DNA of 40,579 nt from a virus (taxonomy: Duplodnaviria; Caudoviricetes), in the IMG/VR virus record IMGVR_UViG_3300047561_000337, positions 1 through 40,579 of that record. One strand, 5' to 3'. Positions 36,272 to 40,579 of this stretch are shown one piece after another (within the stretch, counting starts at the first letter, position 1; each line of letters opens with the position of its first letter). A program made the translations under genes and the position numbers. Below the pieces are notes generated by a model. That model was not told where the DNA came from and did not search any database. It saw only the letters and a list, made by a program, of their open reading frames with translations.

Positions 36272-37201
36272 TTAGAGGGAGTAGTGGACACGGATAGGAT
36301 ATTTGTTTTCTTGCTTCTTAATTTCTTCGGCTAGTCGTTGACTATACAAAGCGTAAATGCTTTTAGTAAGAGATTGAGATGTACCAAATGGGCGTTTGCT
36401 ATCTGTCTCATCAGCTTGTGGGCTGACCATTGCAGCACGAGCTGGGTCTAAGTTAGTAAGCAAACGATAGGTAGCGCCAAGGATTGTTAGGTCTTTACAA
36501 GAATCAGGTAAGCCAGTTTGTGTTGCAAAGTCCTGAGTGTTTGCAGTAAATGCTGTAGGGTCTTGAGAGTATACAATCTGAATGGTACGACCAGATGGAA
36601 TACGGTCATAGATTGATATAGTCTGACCACTAGTAAATGCAGTAGTATTAGCATTGTTATCAAGTCGCCAAGAACGAATAGGAATCCACTCTTTGCTAGC
36701 ACCAATTGATTGATAAGCAACTGCTAGAATGTTACGAATGTTTAATGAGTTACCAGTAGCAGGTAATCTGAATGCTGCAACAGCAGCGTTAGAGGTAATA
36801 GTAGTTGTATTAGCAGAAAATATGCTAGAGCCTAAAGCAGTAATAGTATCGTTGATTGCTCGCTTAATAGTAAATCTTGGGAAGGTAGGGGAGACAGTTA
36901 CCTTGGTATCAGCAGTATGTGTAGCAGGAGTAGTTCCTAAATAGCCACGACCATAAGGAGCAATGTTAGCATTATTGCTAACTCTGTCATATGTATCTAC
37001 CCATAATAGTTCTTCATCAATTTCAATAATGCCCATGCCCACGTTAGCTGTTGAGCCAAGGCTAATACTTAATGGGGCAGCACTAGAAGATGTTGTTGTA
37101 GTGATTGCGGTCTTAAGATAAGTAGACCGGTCTTGAGTTAATGTGTATCCAGCTAAGTTCATGGATACTTCATTAATCATATCTGTTAATGTTATTGTCA
37201 T
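36272..37201 (-). CDS. Putative head-tail adaptor / tail tubular protein A-like
   Basis: 309 aa; LTDMINEV N-terminal helix and IKRAINDTI; position before the fibre gene. Confidence 0.55.
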   Translation of the reverse strand: MTITLTDMINEVSMNLAGYTLTQDRSTYLKTAITTTTSSSAAPLSISLGSTANVGMGIIEIDEELLWVDTYDRVSNNANIAPYGRGYLGTTPATHTADTKVTVSPTFPRFTIKRAINDTITALGSSIFSANTTTITSNAAVAAFRLPATGNSLNIRNILAVAYQSIGASKEWIPIRSWRLDNNANTTAFTSGQTISIYDRIPSGRTIQIVYSQDPTAFTANTQDFATQTGLPDSCKDLTILGATYRLLTNLDPARAAMVSPQADETDSKRPFGTSQSLTKSIYALYSQRLAEEIKKQENKYPIRVHYSL

Positions 37202-37470
37202 TACATGTTCACCTTTCTAAGGGCAGCTGCAGCGCCGAGTCCAACAGTTCCTGCAATAGCGTTGCAAGCACCTTGAAGGTCTTGCCATTTACTAATAGGT
37301 AAATTGGCATAGATATTACAAGCACCAGTAGCAGCAAGACCTGTAGTGCCAGCCAACTTATTGGCTGCACCTTCATCATCTAACCATTCAGTTTTTGGCG
37401 GTAATGTCCCACCAAAAGCAAGACGATTCAACTCTTCTATAAGAGTGCTGCCTTCTCTACCAAGTGCCAT
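37201..37470 (-). CDS. Hypothetical virion protein (89 aa)
   Basis: Internal GAxN repeats; TAATG coupling. Confidence 0.7.
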   Translation of the reverse strand: MALGREGSTLIEELNRLAFGGTLPPKTEWLDDEGAANKLAGTTGLAATGACNIYANLPISKWQDLQGACNAIAGTVGLGAAAALRKVNM

Positions 37471-37478
37471 TGTTTATC

Positions 37479-38192
37479 CTATCTAGGTGTAATGATTTTA
37501 GACTTAGGTTTTTCTTCAGATTTCCCAAAGAATGCCTTGTAATAATGTTCATCAAATGAGAAACGTTTCATATGTGGAACTGTTGCCCCTGTGTGGCAGT
37601 AGAGTGGAATCTCCGCCTTATCGCATAGAGCAAAGAAGAATATATCTTCGCCTATGAACTTAGTCCCTCTGCCCATCTCCATAAACATCTGGCCATCAGG
37701 TGCTACAGCTTTAACTTTTTCAATTATGCTGCGGTGCATAAGGATAAATCCAAATCCTGCAGCATCTACCTTGATTAACTTATTCTCTGGTAGTGGATGT
37801 ACTCTGGATAAACCAAAGGTTCCATCACCCTTATTAGTAAAGCTAAACACAGTAGGCATTGGAACCATCAAAGGTTCCTCAGGATTATCTGTAGTAAAAT
37901 ATACTCCAGAAACTAATGGACGCTCTTTGGCGTCCTTGCTATCCCATAATAATTTAAACTTCTCTGGACTGATTACTACGTCTGAGTCTACCCATAGTAG
38001 CCAGTCAGATTTAGACTTCTCATACCAGTAATCAATTACTGTCTGTCTCTGTCTAGCAATTTGATTTCCTTGACTTCGTAATGTAGAACTAAAAGTTACT
38101 CCAGACTTTAACATTACATCTGTTATGCCTTGCATAAACTTTCCATCTACCATGCCGTTGTCACACCAAACGATTGATACCGTCTCTTGCAT
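37479..38192 (-). CDS. Glycosyltransferase (GT-A fold, GT2-like)
   Basis: IARQR, WLLWVDSD (DxD), DAAGFGFILMHR, GEDIFF and H.K motifs. Confidence 0.85.
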   Translation of the reverse strand: MQETVSIVWCDNGMVDGKFMQGITDVMLKSGVTFSSTLRSQGNQIARQRQTVIDYWYEKSKSDWLLWVDSDVVISPEKFKLLWDSKDAKERPLVSGVYFTTDNPEEPLMVPMPTVFSFTNKGDGTFGLSRVHPLPENKLIKVDAAGFGFILMHRSIIEKVKAVAPDGQMFMEMGRGTKFIGEDIFFFALCDKAEIPLYCHTGATVPHMKRFSFDEHYYKAFFGKSEEKPKSKIITPR

Positions 38193-38205
38193 TGTCCCCT
38201 TCTAA

Positions 38206-38367
38206 CTACATCTGTTTTGTGTTATATGCCTTATTTTGTGCAACTGTTACATTTGCTGAATAAGAGTATCCACCAACACCTGGCTTTGATGCCGGCTTAT
38301 GAAGAGGGTCTATATTCGAATGGTCCTTTGCTGCAGTGCGTGTCTTTACGTTCTTGATTGTTGCCAT
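38206..38367 (-). CDS. Small basic protein (53 aa)
   Basis: AAGGAC RBS; MATIKNVKTRTAAKDH... Confidence 0.6.
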   Translation of the reverse strand: MATIKNVKTRTAAKDHSNIDPLHKPASKPGVGGYSYSANVTVAQNKAYNTKQM

Positions 38368-38378
38368 TTGCTTGTCCT

Positions 38379-38504
38379 TTACTTTGCTCTTGTGTCTCTC
38401 TGGGTAGGTCCCAAAACTGGAGCCTTCTTTGCTTTCTGGTCTAGCGGATAGCCAATTGGTTTCTGTGGTTTAATAGTTTTTTTCTTAGTGGTTTTCTTTT
38501 TCAT
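38379..38504 (-). CDS. Lys-rich peptide (41 aa)
   Basis: ATGA coupling; MKKKTTKKKTIKPQKPIGYPLDQKAKKAPVLGPTQRDTRAK. Confidence 0.6.
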   Translation of the reverse strand: MKKKTTKKKTIKPQKPIGYPLDQKAKKAPVLGPTQRDTRAK

Positions 38505-38791
38505 TTCTTCCCCTTGTTCCTTTTAGATATTGCTGCTGCTTTACTCTTAGCATCGGACTTTGAACTAGCACCCCATGCTTGTAGAGATAGAAGTAACCGT
38601 GTTGGTTCTCCGTTAGGCTTACGTTCAGGTCCTGGCATACCGCCCATACGGGCCAAGAATGAGGCTCTACGGGGGTTATCACCGCTCTTCACAGGTGCCT
38701 TGAGGGTTCCACCCTTATAGGATGCTCTGCCCTTCGCATTGAGCCCTCCTGCTGGGTTCTTGCCTTCCTTACGTGTCCATGCTGCCGTCAT
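38501..38791 (-). CDS. Basic phage protein, DUF6321-like (96 aa)
   Basis: AWTRKEGKNPAGGLNAKGRAS..RRASFLARM motif. Confidence 0.75.
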   Translation of the reverse strand: MTAAWTRKEGKNPAGGLNAKGRASYKGGTLKAPVKSGDNPRRASFLARMGGMPGPERKPNGEPTRLLLSLQAWGASSKSDAKSKAAAISKRNKGKK

Positions 38792-38943
38792 TTTTTGCCC
38801 CTTGATGCCGCCGCATTATCTACTAAATTAGGATACGGTCTACCTGCAGCTTTGGCCTTAGCCTTAGCAGTAGACTTCTGTGTTGGTGTTAATTTCTTAG
38901 AAGTTTTCTTAGGGTTCTTCTTGTCCCAGAATTCTTTCTTCAC
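38788..38943 (-). CDS. Lys-rich peptide (51 aa)
   Basis: GTGA/ATGA coupling; ..AKAKAKAAGRPYPNLVDNAAA.. Confidence 0.7.
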   Translation of the reverse strand: MKKEFWDKKNPKKTSKKLTPTQKSTAKAKAKAAGRPYPNLVDNAAASRGKK

Positions 38944-39083
38944 TTAGTCCCCTTAATTATATTTCCAGTCTTAGGGTCTCTCTGTACTTTGACAGTTCCA
39001 TCCTTACGCAAGGTAAGGATGAGACCATCCCGCATAATAGTTTTATTAAAACCATCACTGCGTACAAATTTACCTGATGACAT
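38940..39083 (-). CDS. Small basic protein (47 aa)
   Basis: TAATG coupling; MSSGKFVRSDGFNKTIMRDGLILTLRKDGTVK.. Confidence 0.65.
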   Translation of the reverse strand: MSSGKFVRSDGFNKTIMRDGLILTLRKDGTVKVQRDPKTGNIIKGTK

Positions 39084-39256
39084 TATTTCTTTTTTCCTAC
39101 ACCTGAAATTTTCTTCAGACGTGGATTAGCTTTAATAGCTGCCGGTGATGCTTTACGTGCACCTGCTGCTAAGATTGCTCCTGCAGACTTCATTGATACA
39201 CCCTGCTTTTTAGCAATAGATTTTTGTGCAGATTTAAATCCAGGATGTTTTTTCAT
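39083..39256 (-). CDS. Lys/Ala-rich peptide (57 aa)
   Basis: TAATG coupling; MKKHPGFKSAQKSIAKKQGVSMKSAGAILAAGARKASPAAIKANPRLKK.. Confidence 0.7.
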   Translation of the reverse strand: MKKHPGFKSAQKSIAKKQGVSMKSAGAILAAGARKASPAAIKANPRLKKISGVGKKK

Positions 39257-39450
39257 TAATTACCTCTGTTGATATGAGTGCTAGTGCGAACCTCTGGTAG
39301 AAACATTCCTGGGTACTTTGTCTCAAGTGCTTTCTTAGCATCAAGATTTGCTTTAGCAACAGACTCAGGACGTATTGATTTTTGATATGCATCAACTGCA
39401 TCTTTACCTTTTAGCACACCAGCCTTTGATGTTGGTTTAGGAGTAGGCAT
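39256..39450 (-). CDS. Small basic protein (64 aa)
   Basis: ORF abutting both neighbours. Confidence 0.7.
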   Translation of the reverse strand: MPTPKPTSKAGVLKGKDAVDAYQKSIRPESVAKANLDAKKALETKYPGMFLPEVRTSTHINRGN

Positions 39451-39570
39451 TTATTTCTTCTTTCCCATTTTCTTAATAACCATTTTCTTACCAGTCTTCT
39501 TGGCTTCTTTCTTGGCCATAGCCATGCCCTTTGGACCGTATGTGAATTCTTTCTTTCCAACCATTGGCAT
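39451..39570 (-). CDS. Lys/Met-rich peptide (39 aa)
   Basis: TAATG coupling; MPMVGKKEFTYGPKGMAMAKKEAKKTGKKMVIKKMGKKK. Confidence 0.7.
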   Translation of the reverse strand: MPMVGKKEFTYGPKGMAMAKKEAKKTGKKMVIKKMGKKK

Positions 39571-39695
39571 TATTTCTTGCCCTTCTTTTTAAGCATCTTC
39601 ATGCCAGCCTTAGCTTCTTTCTTCTTCTCTGACTTTGGCTCTGCTTTCTCGTAAGCCTTATATCCCTTTGACATCTTAGGTGACATCTTTGCCAT
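39570..39695 (-). CDS. Lys/Met-rich peptide (41 aa)
   Basis: TAATG coupling; MAKMSPKMSKGYKAYEKAEPKSEKKKEAKAGMKMLKKKGKK. Confidence 0.7.
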   Translation of the reverse strand: MAKMSPKMSKGYKAYEKAEPKSEKKKEAKAGMKMLKKKGKK

Positions 39696-40003
39696 TATAT
39701 TTGTCCTATCTCTTTAAGTACTTCTACGGATTTTTTATTTATATCTTTTGTTTTAGGCATAGTCTCCGAGTTGTAGGCTCTACCTAAAGTTTCTGATGCT
39801 TCATGCGCTGAGATTATATCCTTCATTCTGGTACCAGCAGGTTGTATCCCCTGTGCCCTGGCGTCACGATAAGCTTGTAACTCTGAATTCCATTTCTTGT
39901 CTGGTATATCCCGAGCTGCATCTCCAGAATTCATTTGAAGGCCTAGACCCTTGCACCCAAAGCAACCCTCAATTGGTTCAGGGTGATGCTCCCAATGTTT
40001 CAT
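39695..40003 (-). CDS. Hypothetical protein, allele 2 of 4-312
   Basis: About 9 substitutions in 102 aa versus copy 1. Confidence 0.85.
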   Translation of the reverse strand: MKHWEHHPEPIEGCFGCKGLGLQMNSGDAARDIPDKKWNSELQAYRDARAQGIQPAGTRMKDIISAHEASETLGRAYNSETMPKTKDINKKSVEVLKEIGQI

Positions 40004-40009
40004 GCGTCC

Positions 40010-40285
40010 CTATTCTACTGTGAAGTTGTCCGTTGTTATTCCTATACCGGCCGCTATCATCGTTGTCCTGATAGCATCGGTAATCCCAGTGTGTATAAGA
40101 CCACCCATGTAATAGGCAGTGTAAGTCTCTAAATCATCTTGTGTTGGATACTGAGTCAAGGAGTACACACCAGCATTATTAACAACTGTATAACTCTTAG
40201 TTCTTTGAGCAAAGAATTGGAACAGTCTGTGGTTACCTATCAACCCTTGCTGAAGGGTAGGGGTAAGAAATGTATATGTTGCCAT
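40010..40285 (-). CDS. Hypothetical virion protein, allele 2 of 319-594
   Basis: About 9 substitutions in 91 aa versus copy 1. Confidence 0.85.
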   Translation of the reverse strand: MATYTFLTPTLQQGLIGNHRLFQFFAQRTKSYTVVNNAGVYSLTQYPTQDDLETYTAYYMGGLIHTGITDAIRTTMIAAGIGITTDNFTVE

Positions 40286-40346
40286 TGTTCTCCTTTAATG
40301 AATTTACTGTAGGGCTAGAGTTTCCCCTAGCCCTACCGTCAATCAA

Positions 40347-40579
40347 TTAAGATGCGATTGATGAACCAGACTCAATGCGATACAAAGCTGCTTCGCGATA
40401 ACGCTTGAAGCCTAGTACGCCGTACCAGCCCATTGGGCGGAAACGCATAAGTTGGTCAATAACTGGACCGATAACTACATGTGGCTCTTCAGCAACGGCT
40501 TCTGCCATTGCTTGCTGACCAGCAATAATTGTACGGTAGTTACGTGCAGATGATGCACCGTCTGTAGCATTGTACAAAC
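40347..40579 (-). CDS. Major capsid protein C-terminus, allele 2 (truncated by the window end)
   Basis: Nearly identical to the C-terminal 76 aa of 655-1608 (H>Q, extra terminal Ser). Confidence 0.9.
   Translation of the reverse strand, partial: LYNATDGASSARNYRTIIAGQQAMAEAVAEEPHVVIGPVIDQLMRFRPMGWYGVLGFKRYREAALYRIESGSSIAS

Larger units (their letters stand above)
39692..40579. repeat. Terminal duplication, copy 2
   Basis: 888 nt versus 884 nt (one extra intergenic T and one extra Ser codon in the capsid gene). Confidence 0.95.

Noticed and set aside
39692-40579. True direct terminal repeat or a second capsid gene
   Set aside because: The copies are diverged except for an exact 127-nt end match, which fits an assembly bubble between strains better

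Overview
This window is an apparently complete, circularly permuted genome (~39.7 kb unique) of a lytic, probably podovirus-like dsDNA phage. The host is inferred to be a low-GC actinobacterium such as freshwater acI/Nanopelagicales, based on whiB, a mycobacteriophage-like replication module and roughly 40% GC by eye. There are two divergent arms. The minus-strand late arm runs terminase, portal, proteasome-beta-like Ntn hydrolase, internal virion proteins, scaffold and major capsid. It then wraps through the window end to an array of nine basic micro-proteins, a glycosyltransferase, tail/fibre genes and the lysis region. The plus-strand early arm (15.5-26.9 kb) carries an SSB-like protein, lytic transglycosylase, amidoligase plus class II glutamine amidotransferase, a split Cas4/RecB-like nuclease, helicase, resolvase, split primase, phosphoesterase, a sigma-like factor and WhiB. 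I see no DNA polymerase, integrase, tRNA or CRISPR. Bases 1-884 recur as a diverged copy at 39692-40579 ending in an exact 127-nt match, most likely an assembly bubble between two strains. The best leads are a ~370-nt multi-stem RNA before the early genes, two promoter-hairpin units with anti-RBS loops, a pseudoknot before the scaffold gene, the proteasome-like gene next to the portal, the transglycosylase/amidoligase/GATase trio and the Lys-rich micro-protein array. All family assignments come from motif recognition, not database searches.
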